Source: Deltaproteobacteria bacterium UBA2957
GTDB lineage: Bacteria; Myxococcota_A; UBA796
DNA length: 43,650 nt
Assembly (NCBI GenBank): GCA_002348535.1
Contig: DEBL01000396.1
Coordinates: forward strand, 1-43,650
Reading direction: 5' to 3'
Made by a program: the position numbers and the translations under genes. How positions within the stretch are numbered: the stretch's first letter is position 1; each line of letters starts with the position of its first letter. Positions 27,070-35,320 of the stretch are shown here, piece after piece. The notes below the pieces were generated by a model. The model saw nothing but the letters and a program-made list of their open reading frames with translations, was not told the DNA's origin and searched no databases.

Positions 27070-27101
27070 ATCGTTCAAATCGAAGACCCAGAAACAACCC
27101 A

Positions 27102-29258
27102 ATGTGCCGACGGGAGCACGCCTCAATGTTGATGCTCTGGGCCGTTCTTGCCTTCGTATTCGGAGAGGCTGCCGCGGCAGAACTCACGATTTGGCATGCG
27201 TATCGAGGTGCGGAACGCGAATCTCTTGATGCGCTGATTGAACAATACAATGCCACCGGTAAAGCCACGGTGACCGCACGGGCCGTACCCTACGACGGAT
27301 TCAACTCAAAACTCGAAGCCGCCATCCCTCGAGGCAATGGGCCGGATTTGTTCATCGCGGCGCATGAGCGGCTCGGCACGTGGATTCCATCGGGTCTGGT
27401 CGATGCCAACCCGCAGCCACTCAGCGACATTCATCCGGTTGTGGAACAAGCGCTGTTCCACGATGACAACACCTATGGCCAACCCTTGGCCGTCAAGACA
27501 CTCGCATTGTTCATCAATACAGACCTTGTCGCGTCACCGCCCTCAACGACCGACGAGTTGCTTACCGAGGCCCAACGAGAACGGTCGGCGGGACGAATTG
27601 GGCTGGCGTATCAGGCGACCGAACCTTATTTTCACGCCCCTTGGATGCATGGATTCGATGGCGCCCTGCTGCAGAATGGAATCATCGACCTGAATCGAAG
27701 CGGCGCCGTAGCGGCCCTTGGCTTTGCCCATCAGTTGCTCAAGCAAGGGTTGGTGCCTGAAGAGCCCACTGGTGCGTTGGTGACGCAACTGTTCAATGAC
27801 GGCATGGCTGCAATGGTCATCAACGGACCTTGGTTTCTTGGCGAGGTCGACCCGAACATCAAGGTTCAGGTTGTGCCGTTGCCCACCGTGTCCGAGACCG
27901 GTCTTCCAGCATCTCCCTACCTGACCGTCGAAGCGGTTCAAGTCTCTGCATTCAGTCAGAACAAGACCGCCGCTCATGCCTTTGCCTCATGGCTCGTCTC
28001 AACCGATGCCGCTGTGGAACGCGCGCTGAATGGCCGCCAGACGGTGGCCACATTGTCGGCCCACGACCACCCGAAAGTTCAATCCGACCCCATTCTTTCG
28101 GCCTTCCAAGCGCAGATGCAACAGTCTCATCCCATGGCGACCGATCCGGCGCTTGCTGCGTCTTGGGAACCGCTGGCCCGCGCGATTCGTCGCGTAATGC
28201 GAGATGCTGCCAGCCCGGCTGAGGCGCTCGCCGCTGCGCAGACAGAATTCGAAATCGTCACCCGACCGCCGCCGCCGCCCACCAATCCCACACCCTACAT
28301 CCTCGTGGCGGCTTTGGCGCTGCTCGGCGGCATTGGGTACGTGGTTCGGGCGGCATGGTTAGCACGACGAGAAATCCGGTCGGAAGCCCACGCATACCGC
28401 TGGATTGCACCGGCTGTTTTGGCCATGGGAGTCTTGGTCATCGTGCCGTTCGTCGTCGGTGCAGCGGTGAGCCTCTTTGCTCATCGAGATGGCACATGGA
28501 CCTTTGTTGGTCTCACTCACTTTATCGACATCCTGTTTGCCCGAGATTGGCCGCTGACCTCTGCGCTCAGCTTCTGGTTCACGTTGGTTGTGACCGTTGG
28601 GTGGACGGCCGCCAACGTATGCCTTCACGTCGGAATCGGTGTCGCCCTCGCCATGTTCCTTCGGGCACCCTGGCTGCAGCTCAAAGGGGTGTACCGGGTA
28701 TTATTGATTCTTCCGTGGGCCATCCCCAACTACATCACAGCGCTGATCTGGAAGGGCATGTTCCACCGGCAGTTTGGGGCGATTAATGGATTGCTGGACT
28801 GGGTTGGTATCGAACCGGTGAGTTGGTTTTCGCAGTTCTCAACTGCATTCGCCGCAAACCTGATCACCAATACTTGGCTTGGCTTTCCGTTCATGATGGT
28901 CGTGACCTTAGGCGCGCTGCAATCGATCCCAGCGGACCTCGAAGAAGCCGCCAGCATTGACGGTGCCAACGGATGGCAACGGTTCCGACATGTGACGTGG
29001 CCGATGCTGCAGCCCGCACTGCTCCCTGCTGTGATCTTGGGCAGCATCTGGACCTTCAACATGTTCAACATCATCTATCTGGTCAGTTCGGGCGAGCCGG
29101 ACGGCGGCACAGAAATCCTGATCAGTGAAGCCTACCGATGGGCATTCACCCGCGGACACCGGTATGGCTACGCCGCAGCCTACGCTGTGTTGATTTTTGG
29201 TGTGTTGCTTATTTACTCCAAGGGAACCGACCGCCTCTTGGCAAGGAAGACAGCATGA
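27102..29258 (+). CDS. fused sugar ABC transporter: periplasmic solute-binding domain (MalE-like, CUT1) plus MalF-like permease
   Basis: Signal-like N-terminus MCRREHASMLMLWAVLAFVFGEAAAA. SBP-like segment LTIWHAYRG.E...L...I..YN, GPDLFIAAHERLG, INGPWF. A PPPPP linker, an extra TM helix (YILVAALALLGGIGYVV), then a permease with LILPWAIPNYITALIWKGMF and the EAA loop LEEAASIDGANGWQRFRHVTWPML. The start is 27102 (or 27126); 27060 lies inside a leader hairpin. Confidence 0.8.
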   Translation: MCRREHASMLMLWAVLAFVFGEAAAAELTIWHAYRGAERESLDALIEQYNATGKATVTARAVPYDGFNSKLEAAIPRGNGPDLFIAAHERLGTWIPSGLVDANPQPLSDIHPVVEQALFHDDNTYGQPLAVKTLALFINTDLVASPPSTTDELLTEAQRERSAGRIGLAYQATEPYFHAPWMHGFDGALLQNGIIDLNRSGAVAALGFAHQLLKQGLVPEEPTGALVTQLFNDGMAAMVINGPWFLGEVDPNIKVQVVPLPTVSETGLPASPYLTVEAVQVSAFSQNKTAAHAFASWLVSTDAAVERALNGRQTVATLSAHDHPKVQSDPILSAFQAQMQQSHPMATDPALAASWEPLARAIRRVMRDAASPAEALAAAQTEFEIVTRPPPPPTNPTPYILVAALALLGGIGYVVRAAWLARREIRSEAHAYRWIAPAVLAMGVLVIVPFVVGAAVSLFAHRDGTWTFVGLTHFIDILFARDWPLTSALSFWFTLVVTVGWTAANVCLHVGIGVALAMFLRAPWLQLKGVYRVLLILPWAIPNYITALIWKGMFHRQFGAINGLLDWVGIEPVSWFSQFSTAFAANLITNTWLGFPFMMVVTLGALQSIPADLEEAASIDGANGWQRFRHVTWPMLQPALLPAVILGSIWTFNMFNIIYLVSSGEPDGGTEILISEAYRWAFTRGHRYGYAAAYAVLIFGVLLIYSKGTDRLLARKTA

Positions 29259-30103
29259 ATCGTCCAAGCCTCCAGCGGCAGATCTGCACCCATGCCTTTC
29301 TGGTCTTGACCACCATCGCCGTGCTCTACCCTGTACTGTGGGTTCTGAAGATGGCGTTGACCCCCGGGCAGGCGTTTTCTCTCGATCCGAACCCCATCCC
29401 AAGCAGCGTCACGCTCGACCACTTTGCCGCGGTGGTCGGCACGAAAGATGGAACAGGCGGTTGGCTATTTGGACGCCAAATGGCCAACAGTCTGCTCGTC
29501 GCCGGCGTCACATCATCCATCGGCATCGGGCTCGCGACCACCGCCGGCTACGCGATGAGTCGATGGAACTTCCCCGGACGCGATGCGGGCCTTCGGATTT
29601 TTTTGATCACGCAGATGTTTCCCGGTGTCGTGATGGCGATCCCGCTCTACATCCTCCTCGACGAGATGGCTCTGCTGGACTCGCTGCTTGGTTTGTCTCT
29701 TGTGTATGCCACCACAGCCATTCCGTTCTGCACATGGAACATGAAGGGGTTCTTCGATACGATCCCTGTTGAACTGGAAGAGGCCGCGCGAATGGACGGC
29801 GCAGACCGCTGGACGACCTTTCGACACATCATTCTTCCACTGGCTCGCCCGGCCCTCGTGGTCACCGGACTCTTCAGCTTTATGACCGCTTGGAATGAGT
29901 TCATCTTGGCTGCAACCTTCATGAATGACGAACAAAGCTTCACTCTGCCGGTGGTGCTGCAATCCTATGTCGGCGACTACGGCACCGAGTGGGGCCATTT
30001 CGCGGCCGGATCGGTGATCGTTAGCGTCCCGGTAATGCTGCTCTTTTTCGCGCTGCAAAAACACCTTGTGGCCGGCCTCACGGCGGGTTCAGTCAAAGGG
30101 TAA
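29255..30103 (+). CDS. sugar ABC transporter permease (MalG-like)
   Basis: ATG 29255 overlaps the upstream stop (ATGA). Six TM segments. EAA loop ELEEAARMDGADRWTTFRHIILPLARPAL. Confidence 0.85.
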   Translation: MNRPSLQRQICTHAFLVLTTIAVLYPVLWVLKMALTPGQAFSLDPNPIPSSVTLDHFAAVVGTKDGTGGWLFGRQMANSLLVAGVTSSIGIGLATTAGYAMSRWNFPGRDAGLRIFLITQMFPGVVMAIPLYILLDEMALLDSLLGLSLVYATTAIPFCTWNMKGFFDTIPVELEEAARMDGADRWTTFRHIILPLARPALVVTGLFSFMTAWNEFILAATFMNDEQSFTLPVVLQSYVGDYGTEWGHFAAGSVIVSVPVMLLFFALQKHLVAGLTAGSVKG

Positions 30104-30213
30104 TCTCCGCGCAAATTCTCTTCAGTTTGGCTTCTCAGGGACGATGCAGGATCACGCGCCCGGAGGCCTTACCCAATGTTCGATTTCCATATTCATGACG
30201 ATAATCGAGGTGC

Positions 30214-31971
30214 ATGGTCGATTGTTCGCGAGAGCGAAGCATCATGACCGACGCGTTTTCCTTGTTCCAACGGGGCACATCTGCGCTGCAAGAGGGGTCC
30301 ACGACCGTGGCGATCCGGTGGCTCACCGAGGCGAGCCACAGCACAGACACAGCGCTTGCCTCCGCAGCCTATCGCAATCTTGGCATTGCCCATCGGGCGG
30401 CGGGCGACGATGCGGCTGCCGTCAACGCGTTCAACCGCGCGGTGGCGCTTAATCCCCACGATGTCGATGCGCTGTACAACCGCGGAAACGCCCATGTTGC
30501 ACTGGGCAACCACCGCGTGGCAGTCGAGTCGTTTCAACTCGTTCGCGAACTTCGCCCCTGCTGGGCGCAGCCAGTCAACAATGAAGGCGCTGCATGGATG
30601 GCCCTAGGAAGCGCCGACCGTGCCGAGGCGTGCTTCTCCGAAGCCATTCGACTCGAACCGAGTTTCGCGCACGCATGGGGAAACCTCGGTGCGGCACGCG
30701 CGGCGCTCGGCCGACATGCCTCACCCCTCCACACGCTCCAGCACGCCCTATCCCTCGCGCCCAATGACCCGAACATCCGAATTCAACTCGGCCATCTCCT
30801 CACCGAACTGGGTCACTTCGACGCCGCAATTCGAACATTCGAGGCCGTCCTCAGCGAAGCACCCGATCGATCCGATGCGCGCGCTGGGCTCAGTTTCGCA
30901 CTCCATCGCAAGGGCGACTCCATCGGAGCCCTCGCGCGGATCGCACCCTCCATCGCCGGGGAGGCCCCTCATCCCGACGAAGCCGTAGCCTATGCTCGCA
31001 TCTGCCTGCACATGCAAGCGCCGGAACGGGCGATTCCAATTCTCGAATCCACGCTGCAGTCGGCGCGACACCCAGCCACACGCGTGTTGCTTGGAAAGCA
31101 GTTGGGACAGACGTTGGATGCCGTCGGTCAAGCCGATCGAGCCTACAGCGTCATTGACCGCGCCAATCGAGAACGGGCCCTTGTTTTCGATGCAGAGCAG
31201 CACCGGTCTGCGATTGACACCATTATCGAGTCCCAATGCCATCCATTCACACAGGGGTCAATCATGGACCCAACGCCGGTGTTTATCGTCGGAATCCCGC
31301 GCTCGGGAACCACCCTGCTCGAGCAAATGTTGGACGGCCATCCCGATGTACACGGCGCTGGAGAACGGGCAGAACTCGAAATGATTGCCCGGATGATGCC
31401 ATCAGGGGGCCTGAATACAGAGTCGCTCGATCGCTATGCGCGCATGTACCTCGATCGAATTCGCCCGCTGGCACCGACGGCCCGTCGCATCACAGACAAA
31501 ATGCCGAACAATGTTCTCCACCTCGGACTCGCGGGCCGTCTGTTCCCCGCTGCACGGGTAATTCATTGCGTCCGCGATCCCGTCGATACGGGTCTCAGTT
31601 GTCTGTTTCAACATTTTAAGGACACCCTCCCGTGGGCCACAAATGTTGACAGTGTCGCGACCTACATCCACGAGCACCAACGCTTGATGGAGCACTGGAC
31701 TGAACACTGCCCGCTCCGCATGCTCACGGTTCCCTACGAAGATCTGGTCGCAGAACCCAAACAGTGGGCGATTCGCATTCAGCGCTTCCTCAGCCTCGAG
31801 CCGTGTGACCAAGTCACCCAGCCCCACACCAATCGTCGGACGGTGCGCACCGCATCGCACGACCAAGTCCGACTTCCGATTCACACACGCAGCGTGGGCC
31901 GGTCTCATCCGTATCGCGCCCACCTTGAGCCATTGATTGAGCTGCAATCAGCCTCAGCATCTGCCAAGTGA
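30214..31971 (+). CDS. TPR-repeat-containing sulfotransferase family protein, copy 1
   Basis: The N-terminal ~330 aa hold TPR repeats (AYRNLGIAHRAAGDDAAAVNAFNRAVALNP... and others). The C-terminal domain has a PAPS 5'-PSB-like loop FIVGIPRSGTTLLEQML and a 3'-PB-like VIHCVRDPVDTGLSC. Alternative start at ATG 30244. Confidence 0.8.
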   Translation: MVDCSRERSIMTDAFSLFQRGTSALQEGSTTVAIRWLTEASHSTDTALASAAYRNLGIAHRAAGDDAAAVNAFNRAVALNPHDVDALYNRGNAHVALGNHRVAVESFQLVRELRPCWAQPVNNEGAAWMALGSADRAEACFSEAIRLEPSFAHAWGNLGAARAALGRHASPLHTLQHALSLAPNDPNIRIQLGHLLTELGHFDAAIRTFEAVLSEAPDRSDARAGLSFALHRKGDSIGALARIAPSIAGEAPHPDEAVAYARICLHMQAPERAIPILESTLQSARHPATRVLLGKQLGQTLDAVGQADRAYSVIDRANRERALVFDAEQHRSAIDTIIESQCHPFTQGSIMDPTPVFIVGIPRSGTTLLEQMLDGHPDVHGAGERAELEMIARMMPSGGLNTESLDRYARMYLDRIRPLAPTARRITDKMPNNVLHLGLAGRLFPAARVIHCVRDPVDTGLSCLFQHFKDTLPWATNVDSVATYIHEHQRLMEHWTEHCPLRMLTVPYEDLVAEPKQWAIRIQRFLSLEPCDQVTQPHTNRRTVRTASHDQVRLPIHTRSVGRSHPYRAHLEPLIELQSASASAK

Positions 31972-32003
31972 AATTCCGTTCATTCCCTCCAGAGGGTTCG
32001 TTT

Positions 32004-34106
32004 ATGCTCGAAGAAATCCACGACCAACTCACTCGCATCCTTGAGACGCACAGAACAGGCGATCAAGACACGGCCCGGATGGAGGCTGCAGAATTGGTGT
32101 CGTCGGCCCCTGAGGTGCCGGACACCCATTTCGTGATGGGGCTGTTGATGCAAGACCACGGTGACCACGGCCGAGCCGTTCAACTTCTGGGCCGCTCGAT
32201 TCGACTTGAACCGGAGCGGTCGGACTTTCACGATGCCCTTGGTGTTTCTCAGGTGTCTCTCGGGAAGCACCGCGAGGGCTTGAGGAGTTTCGCCGAAGCC
32301 GTTCGCTTGGCCCCCGACAATCGTCTGGCGGTGATGCATCTGGGATTGTTGGCACTCCGCATGGGACTTCCGGAACGTGCGTTGCCTTGCTTTGAATCGT
32401 TGATGTACATGGGGGAGACCAGCGTCGAACTGGTTTGTCTGCGAGGGCAAGCGCTGTACCAACAAGAACGCTACCTCGAGGCAATCGAGTGGCTTCACAA
32501 GTGCCTTGACATGAACCCCAACCACGCGGATGCGCACCGATACCTTGGGCGTTCCCTGATGAAGGTCGAACGCTTCAGTGAGGCTGCGAGTTGCCTCAGC
32601 ACTGTCGCGGAAGTCGAACCCCGCAATAGTCGCGTTCGGACCCTGCTTGGCGAGTCCTTGCTTCGCGCCGGTGACCTGGAGCGTGCCGAAACCGTACTCC
32701 AAGACGCAATCGATCTCGACCATAGCCAACATGAGGCTCACGCACATCTTGCGTCGGTTCAATCTGCCCTCGGCCTCACCGAGGCTCCGCTGCGTTCCTA
32801 TCTGACCGCACTTCGCCTTCGCCCCAACGAACTCACCTACCGCTCTCAATTGGGATTTTTGCTGATTCAGCAGGGGTACTTGCCGAAGGCCGAGCACTGT
32901 TTTCGATTGGTGCTGCGGCAAGAGCCTTACAACGTCGACGCCATCGCCGGCTTGGCGACCGTGCTCGCAAAAATGGGCGACCCCGAGGGCGCCATCGCAT
33001 TGGCTGAACCCATGATAAAAACCGGAGTGGATCACCCCGACTTGGCCCACGTCTACGCATCCCTGTGCAGAAAACTTGGCCGGTCGAACGACGCGATACC
33101 GGTTCTGCAACGCCTGCTCAGTCGCTCTCGACCGCTGCAGACACGCGCACAGTTGCATCATGCATTGGGCGAGCTGTACGAATCTGTGGGCCAGCATGAT
33201 GCTGCCTTTTTCGCTCATGAACAGGCCAACAGTGCGCGCTCCTCAACGTTCGACCCGGACGAATTCGAACGGCACGTCACCGACCTAATTGAAGTCTTTG
33301 ATGGTGTTCGGTTCCCGATCCAACCCTTGGCTGACAACCCGACCCGAATTCCAGTGCTGATTGTCGGGATGCCACGCACTGGCACCACTCTGGTCGAGCA
33401 GGTGCTTGCGACCCATCCCAAGGTCATGGGCGCGGGAGAACTCGAAGAACTCCAAATGCTCGCGCGCGCTCTGCCCGAGATCATTGGAACGGAAACTCCG
33501 TATCCGCAATGTGTCGAGCAACTCAGCGGTGAAGTCGCCACCCACCTGTCGCACTGGTACACCGAGCGAATGCTGACCAAAGCAGGGGATGCGACACGCG
33601 TAACGGACAAAATGCCGCTCAACTTTCTTCACCTCGGGTTGGCCAACCTGCTGCTGCCCAACACTCGGGTCATTCACTGTCGACGGTCGCCCATGGACAC
33701 CGCCTTGAGTTGCTACTTCATGCACTTCAAAGATACCCATGCCTTCAGCACCGACCTTGAGTGGCTCGGCAAGTTCTACGTTCAGTACGAACGCTTGATG
33801 CAGCATTGGGCATCGGTCCTTGAGTTGCCGATTCTCGATGTCCAATACGAGGAAATGGTCCACTACCCCGACGAAACCATGCGGCGAATAGTCGACTTCG
33901 TCGGACTGCCATGGCACGAAAGCTGCACCCGGTTCTATGCCAATGATCGCGAGGTAAAAACCGCGTCTGCCGACCAGGTCCGAAAGCCCATCTATACCAC
34001 CAGCATCGGACGCCATGTGCCCCATATCGATTCGTTGCGGGAATTCTCTCGCGAGTTGGACGCAGCCGGCATTCCAACCACGGTCCAGCCTCTGCACCTG
34101 CACTGA
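32004..34106 (+). CDS. TPR-repeat-containing sulfotransferase family protein, copy 2
   Basis: Paralogue of copy 1: TPR array, then LIVGMPRTGTTLVEQVL and VIHCRRSPMDTALSC. ATG 32004 has AGAGGG 7 nt upstream. The alternative GTG at 31968 would overlap the stop of copy 1 (GTGA). Confidence 0.8.
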   Translation: MLEEIHDQLTRILETHRTGDQDTARMEAAELVSSAPEVPDTHFVMGLLMQDHGDHGRAVQLLGRSIRLEPERSDFHDALGVSQVSLGKHREGLRSFAEAVRLAPDNRLAVMHLGLLALRMGLPERALPCFESLMYMGETSVELVCLRGQALYQQERYLEAIEWLHKCLDMNPNHADAHRYLGRSLMKVERFSEAASCLSTVAEVEPRNSRVRTLLGESLLRAGDLERAETVLQDAIDLDHSQHEAHAHLASVQSALGLTEAPLRSYLTALRLRPNELTYRSQLGFLLIQQGYLPKAEHCFRLVLRQEPYNVDAIAGLATVLAKMGDPEGAIALAEPMIKTGVDHPDLAHVYASLCRKLGRSNDAIPVLQRLLSRSRPLQTRAQLHHALGELYESVGQHDAAFFAHEQANSARSSTFDPDEFERHVTDLIEVFDGVRFPIQPLADNPTRIPVLIVGMPRTGTTLVEQVLATHPKVMGAGELEELQMLARALPEIIGTETPYPQCVEQLSGEVATHLSHWYTERMLTKAGDATRVTDKMPLNFLHLGLANLLLPNTRVIHCRRSPMDTALSCYFMHFKDTHAFSTDLEWLGKFYVQYERLMQHWASVLELPILDVQYEEMVHYPDETMRRIVDFVGLPWHESCTRFYANDREVKTASADQVRKPIYTTSIGRHVPHIDSLREFSRELDAAGIPTTVQPLHLH

Positions 34107-34126
34107 CCGCCCGTTAGTCTCTCGGG

Positions 34127-35320
34127 GTGAACACGCAGCGCCGATTGATGACGACCATTGTTCTGCTGTATGCAGCAGAGGGTCTCCCTGCAGGAATCTT
34201 CCACGATCTCGTGGCCGTTTGGCTGCTCGAGGCCCACAACATCTCCTTGGGATCGCTCGGCTTGGTGTCACTGCTGGCGATGCCTTGGACCCTCAAAGCG
34301 CTGTGGTCACCCCTTGTGGACCGGTGGTCAACCGCCGCCCGATGGATATCAGGGGCGCTCCTCGCCATTGCACTCGTGACGGCGGCCCTTCCTTGGCTTC
34401 CGATGGGCATGCCCGTCTGGGCGATGCTCGCCATCTTGACCACAGCTTCCGCGACCGCCGATGTGGCCATCGATGGCTACACCGCCACCACGGTTCCTCC
34501 TGAGCTGCACGGACGGGTCAATGGGTGGCGGGTCGCTGCGTACCGAGGCGCAATGCTGGTGGCCGGCGGCGGAGCGGTCGCCGCTGCCGCGTGGGTTCCG
34601 TGGCCTGTACTGTTCGGCGTCATCGCCTCGGTGACGCTCGGCCTCGCCGTGTGGGCTTCGCGTCTCACGCCTCTTAAACCCCCTCCCCAGACCACAACAG
34701 CATGGGCCAGCGATCTGTGGGGGTGGCTCAGTCAGCCGGGGGCGTGGGCCGTGTTCCTGTTCGTACTGCTGTTCAAGATGGGGGATGCCGCCATGGCGCC
34801 AATGGTGAAGCCCTTCTGGCTTCAGGCCGCCAACCTCAGCGTGGCTGAGTTGGGGTTTGTGAGCATCACCGTGGGCGCCGGCCTGACTGTGGCGGGCGCC
34901 CTGCTGGGGGGTGAACTCGCCACCCGATGGGGTCTGTTCCGTGCATTGTGGGTGCTGGGAGCCCTCCAAGCGGTGTCCAATCTGGGCTACATGGCCGCCG
35001 CCGCCAACCCGTCACGATGGATGGTCTACAGCGCATCGATGATGGAGAGTTTTTGCAGCGGGCTCGGCGTCGCTGCCTTTCTCGCCTTCTTGATGCGCAT
35101 CTGCGACGCCAAGCAAGCCGCCACTCGGTTTGCACTCCTCAGTGCCTTGTCGATGCTGACGCGCACGGTTGCGGGTGCTCCATCTGGCTTCTTCGTCGAA
35201 TCATGGGGCTACGGTGCCTACTTCGGATTCACCTTCTTGCTGGCCCTGCCCGCATTCGCCCTGCTGCCCTACATCCGATTGCGATTGGACTCTTCGTCCT
35301 CACGGACCACCCGATCGTAG
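34127..35320 (+). CDS. ampG: AmpG-family MFS permease (muropeptide transporter family)
   Basis: From memory this matches E. coli AmpG blocks: LKALWSPLVDRW, LFKMGDAAMAPM, LFRALWVLGALQAVSNLGYMAA, ESFCSGLGVAAFLAFLMRICD...ATRFALLSALS. GTG start 20 nt after the sulfotransferase 2 stop (alternative ATG at 34148). Confidence 0.8.
   Translation: MNTQRRLMTTIVLLYAAEGLPAGIFHDLVAVWLLEAHNISLGSLGLVSLLAMPWTLKALWSPLVDRWSTAARWISGALLAIALVTAALPWLPMGMPVWAMLAILTTASATADVAIDGYTATTVPPELHGRVNGWRVAAYRGAMLVAGGGAVAAAAWVPWPVLFGVIASVTLGLAVWASRLTPLKPPPQTTTAWASDLWGWLSQPGAWAVFLFVLLFKMGDAAMAPMVKPFWLQAANLSVAELGFVSITVGAGLTVAGALLGGELATRWGLFRALWVLGALQAVSNLGYMAAAANPSRWMVYSASMMESFCSGLGVAAFLAFLMRICDAKQAATRFALLSALSMLTRTVAGAPSGFFVESWGYGAYFGFTFLLALPAFALLPYIRLRLDSSSSRTTRS

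Noticed and set aside
27102-27180. A possible twin-arginine (Tat) signal in the fused SBP-permease because of 'RR' in MCRREHAS...
   Set aside because: The context does not match the S/T-R-R-x-F-L-K consensus. It is more likely an ordinary Sec-type n-region.
31980-34271. Long antisense ORFs (31980-33218, 412 aa; 33285-34271, 328 aa) opposite TPR-sulfotransferase copy 2
   Set aside because: The plus strand encodes a coherent TPR plus sulfotransferase protein paralogous to its neighbour. The antisense translations have no recognisable domains and a biased composition.
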